Shown: positions 1 through 8,481, counted from the stretch's first letter. The stretch is DNA of 33,938 bases from a bacterium (GCA_963625735.1 CAVFUV010000001.1:1-33938); one strand, 5' to 3'. The notes: generated from the sequence alone by a model not told the origin. Made by a program: numbers and translations.

Positions 1-10
1 GGCTTCATAC

Positions 11-226
11 AGTGTGGAGTGTGGAGAGTGGAGTGTGGAGTGGATTGTTGCTGTCAGATTGTTCACAAAAATCGAAAAACCGTGAAAGATTCTTAGCACC
101 AAAAGTATCACTGAAGCCGTGTTACAGTGGCATTTTTTTGTTATGTATTCTTATTCGCAGTTCTCAGATTCCTACGATTTAACCCCGGCGAAGCAACTCC
201 ACTCTCCACACTCCACTCTCCACTCT
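11..226. repeat. inverted GTGGAGW heptad arms (11-43 and 197-226) flanking ~150 bp
   Basis: AGTGTGGAGTGTGGAGAGTGGAGTGTGGAGTGG faces ACTCCACTCTCCACACTCCACTCTCCACTC. A GCGAAGC box lies at 188-194. Confidence 0.8.
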
Positions 227-243
227 TGTGCAGCTGCACCTTA

Positions 244-283
244 TTAAAAAAAGGGTCGGACACGGGTTTGCCGCATCCGACCG
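244..283 (-). terminator. intrinsic terminator of the YhhN gene
   Basis: Hairpin GGTCGGA...TCCGACC followed by a T-run on the minus strand. Confidence 0.8.
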
Positions 284-293
284 ATTGTGTTTT

Positions 294-983
294 TTAATCC
301 ATAAGGTAAGCCGTCAGTGCTATAAGATACTGCCCGGCGTAATATGTAACGTGATTCAGAATGAAATTTATCGGAGTGTTCTTGCCCTCGCCGAAGTACA
401 TCGGGGACAGAATCAAATCCGAAATGAGGAACAGCACACCGCCCGCGGCGAACACGATAAACGCCGTCTTGCCGGTGAGAATCGCACACATAACGGCTGT
501 TGCCGCCATAAAGGAAAGTATGAAGCCGTAGATTGTTACAATCACTTTATACTCGCCGAAGTTCTGCTTCATGGGCTTTTCGAGAAGCAGATTGCCGACC
601 GCCACTATTATGCCGACGGCAAGCGGAATAAGCAGGTATTTATGCTCAAGCTCCGCCATTTTTGCCATTGCGGGGATATAGAACAGATGACCGAATCCGA
701 ACGCCATGAAGCCCGCATACAGATACTGCTTTTTGTCGTCGGGATAAACCCACTTCTGATCGAGATAAATATCACCGAGCATTCCGAAAACAAGACCGGC
801 GATAATAAACAGACCGTACTTGTAATGCTCCGAGTTTTTCATGACACCCTGAATTGCAGTCATGATAAAGAATATGCTGACAAAGTTTTTAAGGAACACG
901 CCTTCGACACTTCGCTTGTCCTTGCACCTGATTATGAACAGTACAAGAAATACAGCGCCCATAGCAACGGGAAGATAGACCAT
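294..983 (-). CDS. YhhN-family (lysoplasmalogenase-like) integral membrane protein
   Basis: ORF 294..1043 is a multi-TM protein with MLGDIYLD and LISDLIL motifs typical of YhhN. The codon at 1043 is TTG. I prefer the ATG at 983, preceded by a GAGGTGG SD. Confidence 0.75.
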   Translation of the reverse strand: MVYLPVAMGAVFLVLFIIRCKDKRSVEGVFLKNFVSIFFIMTAIQGVMKNSEHYKYGLFIIAGLVFGMLGDIYLDQKWVYPDDKKQYLYAGFMAFGFGHLFYIPAMAKMAELEHKYLLIPLAVGIIVAVGNLLLEKPMKQNFGEYKVIVTIYGFILSFMAATAVMCAILTGKTAFIVFAAGGVLFLISDLILSPMYFGEGKNTPINFILNHVTYYAGQYLIALTAYLMD

Positions 984-1014
984 ATTTACCACCTCAACAA
1001 TATTTTGTATACAT

Positions 1015-1043
1015 ATTTTAACAAAAGTATGCCTGTATTTCAA
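1015..1043 (-). promoter_or_regulatory. candidate sigma-A promoter of the YhhN gene
   Basis: TTGAAA-17 nt-TAAAAT on the minus strand. Confidence 0.5.
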
Positions 1044-1120
1044 GAGGTTTTATGCAAAAACAATAAAAGCATTTTTGATTTGAAAAATGTTATACTTGAC
1101 AAAATTCACAGTATCCCATA

Positions 1121-1160
1121 AAAAAACCGCCCGATCACCCAAAATCAGCGGTTTTTTCTT
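1121..1160. terminator. bidirectional-type hairpin terminator (module A)
   Basis: AAAAAACCGC-loop-GCGGTTTTTT. Confidence 0.65.
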
Positions 1161-1209
1161 TGAAATATTTCTGACGAGGGCGTAGCCGTCTGCGACGGTT
1201 CGTCTCTTC
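1121..1209 (-). ncRNA. second, ORF-less copy of the same small-RNA module (weaker -10 TAGAAC)
   Basis: Region 1121-1250 aligns with 1488-1615 through the same terminator and the core GAGGGCGTAGCCGTCTGCGACGGTTCGTCTCTTC. Confidence 0.2.
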
Positions 1210-1266
1210 AGTTTCTGTTCTACATCATACTGACATTTTTGTCAATAAAAATATAAAGCATTGTTC

Positions 1267-1295
1267 TTGACAAAAATCGGAATATCCAATAAAAT
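1267..1295 (+). promoter_or_regulatory. candidate promoter of the 36-aa ORF
   Basis: TTGACA-17 nt-TAAAAT. Confidence 0.6.
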
Positions 1296-1369
1296 AACCT
1301 TGCCGAAGAGCGAATCGGCATAAAACGGCAGGCGGCTAAATCCTAAGCCCTCAAAAGGGGGCATGTATT

Positions 1370-1480
1370 ATGGAGCAGTATATCACATTCGATACCCTGA
1401 TTGAGTTTACAATCATGGTTTTCGCAATTCTGACATTTGCCCACAGCGTCTTCTCCGCTCACAACGGAAAGCGTAAATAA
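1370..1480 (+). CDS. 36-aa hydrophobic peptide with basic C-terminus (type I toxin / holin-like toxin candidate)
   Basis: Peptide is MEQYITFDTLIEFTIMVFAILTFAHSVFSAHNGKRK. It has an AAAGGGGG SD 9 nt upstream, a consensus promoter at 1267-1295 and a hairpin terminator at 1484-1530. It is too short for the ORF track. Confidence 0.45.
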   Translation: MEQYITFDTLIEFTIMVFAILTFAHSVFSAHNGKRK

Positions 1481-1483
1481 TAC

Positions 1484-1530
1484 AAAAAAGAAAAACCGCC
1501 CACACGACCAAGTTAGCGGTTTTTTCTTTT
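1484..1530. terminator. bidirectional terminator shared by the 36-aa ORF and the convergent small RNA
   Basis: AAAAACCGC-16 nt-GCGGTTTTT, flanked by an A-run and a T-run. Confidence 0.75.
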
Positions 1531-1579
1531 CAAAAACAACTGATGAGGGCGTAGCCGTCTGCGACGGTTCGTCTCTTCG
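1488..1579 (-). ncRNA. candidate ~90-nt convergent small RNA sharing the bidirectional terminator with the 36-aa ORF
   Basis: Minus-strand promoter TTGACA-17-TAAAAT lies at 1614..1586. An imperfect hairpin lies around 1546-1575. The transcript would end at the shared terminator at 1491-1525. Confidence 0.3.
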
Positions 1580-1585
1580 GTTTCT

Positions 1586-1614
1586 ATTTTACATCATATT
1601 GACAATTTTGTCAA
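1586..1614 (-). promoter_or_regulatory. candidate promoter of the convergent small RNA
   Basis: TTGACA-17 nt-TAAAAT on the minus strand. Confidence 0.55.
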
Positions 1615-1637
1615 CACATGAAAAAATTATCAATCCG

Positions 1638-2630
1638 TCATGAAAACAGTGCCATGATTTTTGCTATGAGTTTTTTTATGGCGTTCATGAGCTTTTGGAA
1701 GAAATTAAGCTTACCGGTGTCTTCGTCTGAAGTCGGTCGCTGCTGAGCGGAGAGCCATGTAATAACGCCTTTGGTGCTTTCGTCAAACGTGATTGTATTG
1801 CCGGCGGCATCCGTTGTTGTAGTGTAGAGATACGGTGTTTTGCCGTCCTTCATGTGCATATCGAATGTAACGGCCTCCCATATATAGTGACCGTTTTTGG
1901 TATTGCCGCTTGCGAAAACCGCTTTGCTGAAGGTTGTTATACGCACACCTTCCTTGCGGTTTGTTATTTTCGCGAGTGAGTTATATGTATTTTTCGCAAG
2001 TGTGCTTGTGGCACCGGCATACGGGTCATTGTCGCTTGACATAATCCATACGGACACATCCGAAAGCTTATTGACTGTGGATGTTGTCGGCTGTGTAATC
2101 GCCGCAAGAGGCATTGCCGCCGCAAAGAAATCGGGATAAGCGGAGAGCATATCCCACACCATAACACCGCCTGTTGAATAACCGGCGATATAGATGCGGT
2201 CTGTGTCAATGTGGTCTTTGTTCTCGGCTATAAAAGCATCTATTGTGGCTTTAAGCACAGAACACTGTGTGGCATCCCAGCTGCTTACAAGTCCGGTTGA
2301 ACGCGGCGCGAGAAGGAAGCATCCGCCGGCGTTCTCAAAGCGTGCCTGATACTCGTCGCTTGCCCAGTTTGAGAACTTGTAATTTTCAAGCTGTTCACGC
2401 TTATGATAACCGCTCATGGCACCGTGAAGCCATACAAGAAGCGGATATTTCGTGCTGTCGGAATTACCCTTTACGGGAGAGAAGTAAACATAATCCTGAC
2501 TGCCGTGCTGCCCGTCAAGCATCTGCTCGTTCAGTGCGCTGTTGCCCTCTGAAATTGAAATAGCGGACACAGGGAGAGCGCAGAGAACAAGCATGAGAGC
2601 TGAAAGTAAAATCGATAACAATTTTTTCAT
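1638..2630 (-). CDS. secreted alpha/beta-hydrolase (esterase/depolymerase-like), paralog 1
   Basis: It has an N-terminal signal peptide and a GYSTGG nucleophile elbow (GxSxG). A GGAGAA SD precedes the ATG at 2630. Confidence 0.85.
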   Translation of the reverse strand: MKKLLSILLSALMLVLCALPVSAISISEGNSALNEQMLDGQHGSQDYVYFSPVKGNSDSTKYPLLVWLHGAMSGYHKREQLENYKFSNWASDEYQARFENAGGCFLLAPRSTGLVSSWDATQCSVLKATIDAFIAENKDHIDTDRIYIAGYSTGGVMVWDMLSAYPDFFAAAMPLAAITQPTTSTVNKLSDVSVWIMSSDNDPYAGATSTLAKNTYNSLAKITNRKEGVRITTFSKAVFASGNTKNGHYIWEAVTFDMHMKDGKTPYLYTTTTDAAGNTITFDESTKGVITWLSAQQRPTSDEDTGKLNFFQKLMNAIKKLIAKIMALFS

Positions 2631-2650
2631 TATAATTTTCTCCGAATAAA

Positions 2651-2941
2651 GAATTAACAGTTAAGAATGAGTGACCGGTGGTCAGTATCCAGTGGCCGGT
2701 GACTAAGGAAGTCCTGCGGACTTGGATTATATAGCTTCGCCTCTGTTCAGAGTGGAGTGTAAAATGCGGAGTGTGGAGTCAGCTTCGCAAAAGGTGAGTT
2801 TATCGCCGGATTGCAACTGCATTGCGAAATTTGGGGCATTCAGCCGCTCGGAAGTGACATTCCTTTTAAGCAGAGCCAAACCTGATTTTCTTTGCCGGGG
2901 TGCCGGGGCAGCGGCCCGTCGCCGGCGCTCCTCGCCTCACC
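2651..2941 (+). repeat. composite modular intergenic element (heptads - stem-loop - box - GTGGAGT heptads - long GC-rich tail)
   Basis: Modules in order are GAATTAACAGTTAAGAAT, GTGACCGGTGGTCAGTATCCAGTGGCCGGTGAC, stem-loop AAGTCC-TGC-GGACTT (2709-2723), GGATTATATAGCTTCGC, GTGGAGT heptads, a second GCTTCGC, a module shared with 19888-19948, and a GC-rich tail. Confidence 0.85.
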
Positions 2942-3985
2942 TTATTTAAATCTCTTGAATATAGTCGCGAACATCTGGAAGAACTTCCTAAGCGCAAGAA
3001 TAATTCTTTGGAAGAAGCTTACGCTGTTTGTCGTGTCCTCGCTTGTCTTTGACTGTGCCGAAAGCCACGAAATAACACCCTCGGTGGGGTCTTCGAATGT
3101 AATCGTGTTGCCTGCGGCATCCTTTGTCGTTGTGTTTACATAGGGCATTGTGCCGTCGGACATATGCATATCATATGTTACGGCCTCCCACAGATAATGC
3201 TGAGCCTTGTCGGAGACGACATACTCACCGTTTGACCACTCCGTCTTGCGTGTGTAGTCGGCAAAAACAACATCGCTGAATGTGGTTATGCGTACACCCG
3301 TTTTGCGGTTTGTGGTGCTCTGAAGATAATTAAATGTCGTCATGGCATCCTCACTGCCCGCAAGAGGATAGGGGTCATTGTCACTTGCCATCATCCATAC
3401 GGATACCTTGCCGAGCTGGCTTAACTGAGAAGCCGAGGGCTGTGTAATCGACGCAAGAGGAAGTCCGGCGGCGAAGAAATCGGGATACTGCGCGAGCATC
3501 TCCCAGACCATTGTGCCGCCTGTCGAATAGCCGCCGATGTAAATGCGGTCGGTGTCAATGTGATCGGCATTCTGTGCTATAAAGGCATCGATAACCTTTT
3601 TGAGTGTGGAGCAGTCCGTGCCGTCCCAGTTATTCTGAGAATTGTTCGCACGTGGAGCAAGAAGGAAGCATCCGCCGGCATTCTCGAAACGGGCCTGATA
3701 TTCGTCACTTGCCCAGTTTGAAAATTCATACCAGCTTAACTGCTGACGCTTTATCTTGCCGCTGTTCATACCGTGCAGCCATATGAAAATGGGATACTTC
3801 GTTGTGTCGGAGTCACCCTTTACAGGTGAAAAATAAACATAGTCAATGTTTGCGTCGGAGTTTTTGCCGTCAAGCATTGTTTTGTTAAGGGCGTCCGTGC
3901 CCTGTGAAATCGAGACTGCGGATGCGGGCAATGCACACAAAACGAGCATAAACACCGCCAAAAATACGGAAATTGCCTTTTTCAT
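2942..3985 (-). CDS. secreted alpha/beta-hydrolase (esterase/depolymerase-like), paralog 2
   Basis: It is collinear and highly similar to the 1638..2630 product (signal peptide, GYSTGG). The codon at 3988 is TTG, so I prefer the ATG at 3985 after an AAGGAA SD. Confidence 0.85.
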   Translation of the reverse strand: MKKAISVFLAVFMLVLCALPASAVSISQGTDALNKTMLDGKNSDANIDYVYFSPVKGDSDTTKYPIFIWLHGMNSGKIKRQQLSWYEFSNWASDEYQARFENAGGCFLLAPRANNSQNNWDGTDCSTLKKVIDAFIAQNADHIDTDRIYIGGYSTGGTMVWEMLAQYPDFFAAGLPLASITQPSASQLSQLGKVSVWMMASDNDPYPLAGSEDAMTTFNYLQSTTNRKTGVRITTFSDVVFADYTRKTEWSNGEYVVSDKAQHYLWEAVTYDMHMSDGTMPYVNTTTKDAAGNTITFEDPTEGVISWLSAQSKTSEDTTNSVSFFQRIILALRKFFQMFATIFKRFK

Positions 3986-4154
3986 CAAAAATCATTCCTT
4001 TCGGAAAATATAATATGTATGATTATAACACACAACGAAAAATAAATCTACCGTTTTTGTTCTGTTTTAACAAATAAAACGAATAATGTTCTACAAAAAA
4101 TTTAATTTTACAGTTGAAAATCTATATTAAACATAATATAATAGAACCGTAAAT

Positions 4155-4667
4155 ATGCTTTTCTTTAAGAAGGTGCGTCCGTTGAAAAGAGCAAGAATTA
4201 CAAAGCCTGTCGACAAATCGATAGCGACACACGGGTTCTCACGTTTTCTGTTCTACCTCGTTCAGTTTACATGGGGTCTGCCCGTAAATCTGGTCGGCGG
4301 TCTTATGTTTCTTATTCTTTGGGCTTTTAAGCACTATCGCCATGAAAAATTCCAAAATGCGTTTATAACGTACATTCCGTGGAATCAGGGCGGTCTTTCT
4401 ATGGGGCTGTTCATTTTCATGGCAGAGGGGCGAGAAGAGAAATGGACCCGCAACACGCGCATACACGAGTACGGTCACACCATACAGTGTCTGCTGCTGG
4501 GCGTATTTTACTATGTCGTAATAGCTATTCCGTCCGCTGTGTGGTGCAACTGCTTTGCAGGGTACCGCAAGAAAAACAATGTTTCCTATTATAAGCTCTA
4601 TTGCGAAAGCTGGGCAAACAAATGGGGGCAGAAATGGTCGGGACTTACGCAGTACGGCATAAAATAA
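4155..4667 (+). CDS. small membrane protein with HEYGH (HExxH) motif, function unknown
   Basis: 170-aa ORF with about 3 hydrophobic segments and one HExxH motif. It sits immediately upstream of the metallophosphoesterase gene on the same strand. Confidence 0.6.
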   Translation: MLFFKKVRPLKRARITKPVDKSIATHGFSRFLFYLVQFTWGLPVNLVGGLMFLILWAFKHYRHEKFQNAFITYIPWNQGGLSMGLFIFMAEGREEKWTRNTRIHEYGHTIQCLLLGVFYYVVIAIPSAVWCNCFAGYRKKNNVSYYKLYCESWANKWGQKWSGLTQYGIK

Positions 4668-4716
4668 CGCACCGCCAAAAGAAAACAAAACAAAAAATCC
4701 AAAAAGGAGCAAAAAC

Positions 4717-5892
4717 ATGAAAAAGTTTTTAAGCGTTCTTCTTGCCGCGGTTATGGTTATAAGCGGCATGGCATTCGCGTTTGCGCAGACCGCAAGTGCG
4801 GCAGATGTAAACACAAAGCTTCAGTTTAACGAAGACGGCGAATTCAAAATCATGATGATTAACGATACTCAGGATGTCGGCAAGGGCAACAAAGAGCAGA
4901 CCGTTAACTTCATCAAAAAGGCCCTCGAGCAGGAAAAGCCCGACCTCGTAGTATTTGACGGCGACCAGCTTGCGGATATCTATCCCGGTGCTTCTGCCGA
5001 AGACTACAAAATCGCCATTGACAACGTTGTAGGTCCCGTTAATGACGCGAAGGTTCCCTTCCTTGTCACTCTCGGCAACCACGACCACGACAGAGCAAGC
5101 AAGATGAGCGAAGCAGATCAGTATGCAGTCTATGCTTCATACGAATACTGCATCTCCGTTAACGTTCGCGGCGATGAAGATCCCTTCACATGCAACACTC
5201 TTGTTTATGATTCATACGGCGAAGATGTTGTTTTTAACATTTATATGATGGACACAAACAACAAGGCAAACGGCAGCTACACCGGCATCAACGCTTCTCA
5301 GCTTGCATGGTATAACGAGACCAGTGCCGCTCTTAAAGCGGCAAACGACGGTGAGGTTGTTCCCTCGCTCCTTTTCCAGCATGTTCCCGTTAAGGAAGTA
5401 TACTCTCTTTTCAAAGAGTGCGACTGGAAAACCGACGGTGCTATCTACTCCCGCAGAGACAACAAGTGGTATGTTCTTGATGAAAGCAAGGCAACAGGTC
5501 ACCTCGGCGAAGCTCCCTGCTCCGAAGATTTCGACATTCAGACAGGCGAATATAAGGCTTGGGTTGAAAACGGCGATATAATCGGTGCTTTCTTTGCACA
5601 CGATCACCTCAACTGCTTCTCCGGCACAACAGATGACGGCATCACAATGACATATAACGGCGGCACAGGCTTCCGTGCATACGGTGACGCAGAAAACGGC
5701 AGATCCATCAGAATAATCAACCTCAACGAATATGATGTAACCGATTACGAGACACACGTTATCTATTATCAGGATGTAGTAGGCGAAGAGTCATCAAATT
5801 TCTTCTTTGATACATTCTCCCCCGCTATCCTCAATAAGGTCATGAAGATTGTTTACGCTATGTTCGGCTGGCTTATCAAGCTCTTCAAATAA
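4717..5892 (+). CDS. secreted calcineurin-like metallophosphoesterase
   Basis: Signal peptide present. Motifs are GDQLAD, GNHDHD, QHVP and AHDH. AAGGAG SD upstream and a hairpin terminator downstream. Confidence 0.85.
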   Translation: MKKFLSVLLAAVMVISGMAFAFAQTASAADVNTKLQFNEDGEFKIMMINDTQDVGKGNKEQTVNFIKKALEQEKPDLVVFDGDQLADIYPGASAEDYKIAIDNVVGPVNDAKVPFLVTLGNHDHDRASKMSEADQYAVYASYEYCISVNVRGDEDPFTCNTLVYDSYGEDVVFNIYMMDTNNKANGSYTGINASQLAWYNETSAALKAANDGEVVPSLLFQHVPVKEVYSLFKECDWKTDGAIYSRRDNKWYVLDESKATGHLGEAPCSEDFDIQTGEYKAWVENGDIIGAFFAHDHLNCFSGTTDDGITMTYNGGTGFRAYGDAENGRSIRIINLNEYDVTDYETHVIYYQDVVGEESSNFFFDTFSPAILNKVMKIVYAMFGWLIKLFK

Positions 5893-5916
5893 TCATTTGG
5901 CATAAATAAAATTCAA

Positions 5917-5952
5917 GCGGATGCGTAGAGATACGCATCCGCGGTTTTTTTA
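5917..5952 (+). terminator. intrinsic terminator of the metallophosphoesterase gene
   Basis: GCGGATGCGT-AGAGAT-ACGCATCCGC followed by T8. Confidence 0.9.
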
Positions 5953-6075
5953 TTTTTTAACGTGATATAAAGGTAAAATAATGTTAAAAAAGGGGGTTTG
6001 CCGGTGAGTGTGGAAGCGAGCGGCTCAGCCCGCCGGTACGGCAAAGCCCCGCAGTGACACGAAAATCTGCCTTCT

Positions 6076-6138
6076 GCGAAGCTTATAATCCAAGGCACTC
6101 CGTGCCTTCCGAAATTGTTAATTGTTAATTGTTAATTG
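6076..6138 (-). repeat. half element: AATTAAC heptads - stem-loop - GGATTATAAGCTTCGC
   Basis: Plus strand reads GCGAAGCTTATAATCC, then AAGGCAC-TCC-GTGCCTT, then CCGAAA, then (TTGTTAA)x3. Confidence 0.9.
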
Positions 6139-8236
6139 AAAATTTTACCGTACTGTCTGCCGGCGCATTGACAACCTCAAACCTATCATGCCAGTAAATC
6201 CCGAGGTTCTTTTTAAGCTCATCGCCGTCCTCAACAAGCACCTTTACATTGGCGTCGAACTGTGTTGTGTTCTGAATATACAGAACGCCGTCCCTAAGCC
6301 ATGCGTTTACATGATCGCATACGCTTACAATGTCACGTGACGGCACGACATACACACCCGGCATATCGGTCCATGTGAGCATCATGGCGACATGCGGCCA
6401 CGAGCAGGCACCGAAAATGTTTCCGCCGACATTCTTTTCGCCCTCCCAGTCGGAGGTGTTGACACGTTCGCATATTTCGGAATCCTTAAGCGGCACGCCC
6501 TTGCTTGTCATAACAGGCCTTTCGGGGTACGACACCGTCTGCGGCATAAAGTGGGCAATCTGTCTTGCCAGGTCAAGATATCTCTTGTCACCTGTCGCAC
6601 GGAATATTTTGATAAATGAAATGGGGCTTGATGTGCAAAGACCCGGTGCGGAGTGCTTGTTCTGAACATTTGCCCATACAGAACCGCAGGCCTTCACATC
6701 CAGTCTGCCCATCTCGCTTGTTTTCGGAAATTCATAATCATACGACTCAACCCAGCTTGCGACCTGATTTGCGGAGTCGATCATGCATTTAAGCCATCTG
6801 TCGCCGTCTGTTTCGTACAGATTTACAAAACTCTCCATAAGTGCCGCAGAGCTTTCGGAGTCGGGAGCCTGCAGTATTTCGCCGGGACCGCCTGTTGTAA
6901 CACCCTTAAGCGTTGCGTTCTTATAGAAGAACTCGCCTATCTCCCTCGCCGTGATAAGATACTTTTCGTCACCCGTCACATTGTACGCTGCACAGAGTCC
7001 CGCGGGAGCCATTGCACCGCTTGTGGAGTTGCCGACAACGATTTCACCTGTTTCGGTGTTGATAAACTGACCGAGCTGACCGTATCTGTTCCACAGAGTG
7101 ACAACCGCATCCGCCGCCGCTTTCGCGCTTTCACGGATTTTTTCGGGAACATCAATACCCATTTTTTCAAGTGCGCGGATTTCTCTGTAAAGGAAATATA
7201 TCATATCAACGTGCTTTCTTATAAGCACCATGTTGTATTTTCCGTCAAAGCTTGAGAATGCGTCGTCATAGACCTTGCCGTTGCTGTCGGCACAGCCGTA
7301 GAACCATCCGAGTTTGCTCTGCTCACGCGCGGCAAAGAGAAGTGTCTTTATGCTTCTCTCTTTTGTAAGAGCATCGCCCTCGCAGATTCCCGCAAGGCTT
7401 GTCATGCCGCCGCCGACCCAGCCCGCCTGCCATACACCGAAATGTGATGTTCTGCGGCCGTCCTGCGCGTCAAGAGTGTACATTTCAAGATTTTCGAGAT
7501 AATGCGTATCGTTAATCTGCTTTTCGGCAAGCTCCCAGAAGTGCGAAAACGGAAGATTGGCATGTGCCGTCTCGCTCGAAAAGTCATATCTTCTCGCAAA
7601 GAACTGTGAGAAAAGCTCCGGAATATCTTCGCAGTCGGATACATATATCTTGTGCGGAATTGTCGTAACATCGCCGTTTTTTACACTTAAGGGCTTATCC
7701 ATTGAAGGATTTTCTCTGCATGAGGGTACACCGTCATACCAGTGATAGACAAGACGTCTTTTTGAGGGTGCTCTTAAGCGGATTATAAGGTTGTCGCCGA
7801 GCTGATCAAGCGACACGCCGTGATTTAAGCCGTGGTCGCCCTGATTAAAGAACAGCATGAACGACTTTTTCTCTTTTTTGTTAAGTATGCATACGCACGG
7901 AGTTGACATATCACCGGTTGTGACATCCATAAAGGAGTCGCCGGTCTTGTTAAGGCGAGGCACCTGTGTCATGCGTGTCGGAACATCGACACCGAGCTCA
8001 TCCTCGTGGAACATTGGTGCGTAGTGACGGGGAACAGCCTCAAAACGGTTGCCGTCATAGGCACACGCCGGAATCATTATGTATGTGTCGGCAATCGGTG
8101 CGTTGAGTTTGAAATCAACCCAATAGCCTGCGTCGTCATTGTCGCAAAGTGCGGTAAAACGGGTCTCTTCCTCATTGAAAACAACACGAGTGCCGTTTTC
8201 GGGTCCGGAAAAACCCCTTGTAATTTCATAGGACAT
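6125..8236 (-). CDS. large cytoplasmic protein, possibly (alpha/alpha)6-barrel glycoside-hydrolase-like; function uncertain
   Basis: Long ORF with no signal peptide. I prefer the ATG at 8236 (MSYEIT...) after an AGGAGTGAG SD over 8275. The last codons and the TAA lie inside the heptad array at 6115-6138. Confidence 0.7.
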   Translation of the reverse strand: MSYEITRGFSGPENGTRVVFNEEETRFTALCDNDDAGYWVDFKLNAPIADTYIMIPACAYDGNRFEAVPRHYAPMFHEDELGVDVPTRMTQVPRLNKTGDSFMDVTTGDMSTPCVCILNKKEKKSFMLFFNQGDHGLNHGVSLDQLGDNLIIRLRAPSKRRLVYHWYDGVPSCRENPSMDKPLSVKNGDVTTIPHKIYVSDCEDIPELFSQFFARRYDFSSETAHANLPFSHFWELAEKQINDTHYLENLEMYTLDAQDGRRTSHFGVWQAGWVGGGMTSLAGICEGDALTKERSIKTLLFAAREQSKLGWFYGCADSNGKVYDDAFSSFDGKYNMVLIRKHVDMIYFLYREIRALEKMGIDVPEKIRESAKAAADAVVTLWNRYGQLGQFINTETGEIVVGNSTSGAMAPAGLCAAYNVTGDEKYLITAREIGEFFYKNATLKGVTTGGPGEILQAPDSESSAALMESFVNLYETDGDRWLKCMIDSANQVASWVESYDYEFPKTSEMGRLDVKACGSVWANVQNKHSAPGLCTSSPISFIKIFRATGDKRYLDLARQIAHFMPQTVSYPERPVMTSKGVPLKDSEICERVNTSDWEGEKNVGGNIFGACSWPHVAMMLTWTDMPGVYVVPSRDIVSVCDHVNAWLRDGVLYIQNTTQFDANVKVLVEDGDELKKNLGIYWHDRFEVVNAPADSTVKFSINN

Positions 8237-8283
8237 TTTTTCTCTCACTCCTAATCTTATCATCTTGCGGTACATTTTTTAAT

Positions 8284-8462
8284 TCATAATGTAGAATGCA
8301 TAATGCATAATTTCGGAAGACACTGCGTGTCTTGAATTATATTGCTTCGCTAATATGGAACTATTTTTTTAACACTAATTCACATTTCGCGAAGCTGTAT
8401 AAATTCAAAACGCTTTAGCGTTTTCCTTCATTATGCATTCTTAATTCTGCATTCTACATTTT
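8284..8462. repeat. complete palindromic element (two inverted half elements)
   Basis: Left half is GCATAAT/GTAGAAT heptads, AAGACAC-TGC-GTGTCTT and AATTATATTGCTTCGC. The centre is about 37 nt. Right half is GCGAAGCTGTATAAATT, AAAACGC-TTTA-GCGTTTT and the reverse-complement heptads. Confidence 0.9.
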
Positions 8463-8481
8463 TTTCATCAGTTACACAGTG

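Noticed and set aside
228-1121. 297-aa plus-strand ORF
   Set aside because: It is entirely antisense to the well-supported YhhN membrane-protein gene. It has no SD and starts in a heptad array, so it is most likely a shadow ORF.
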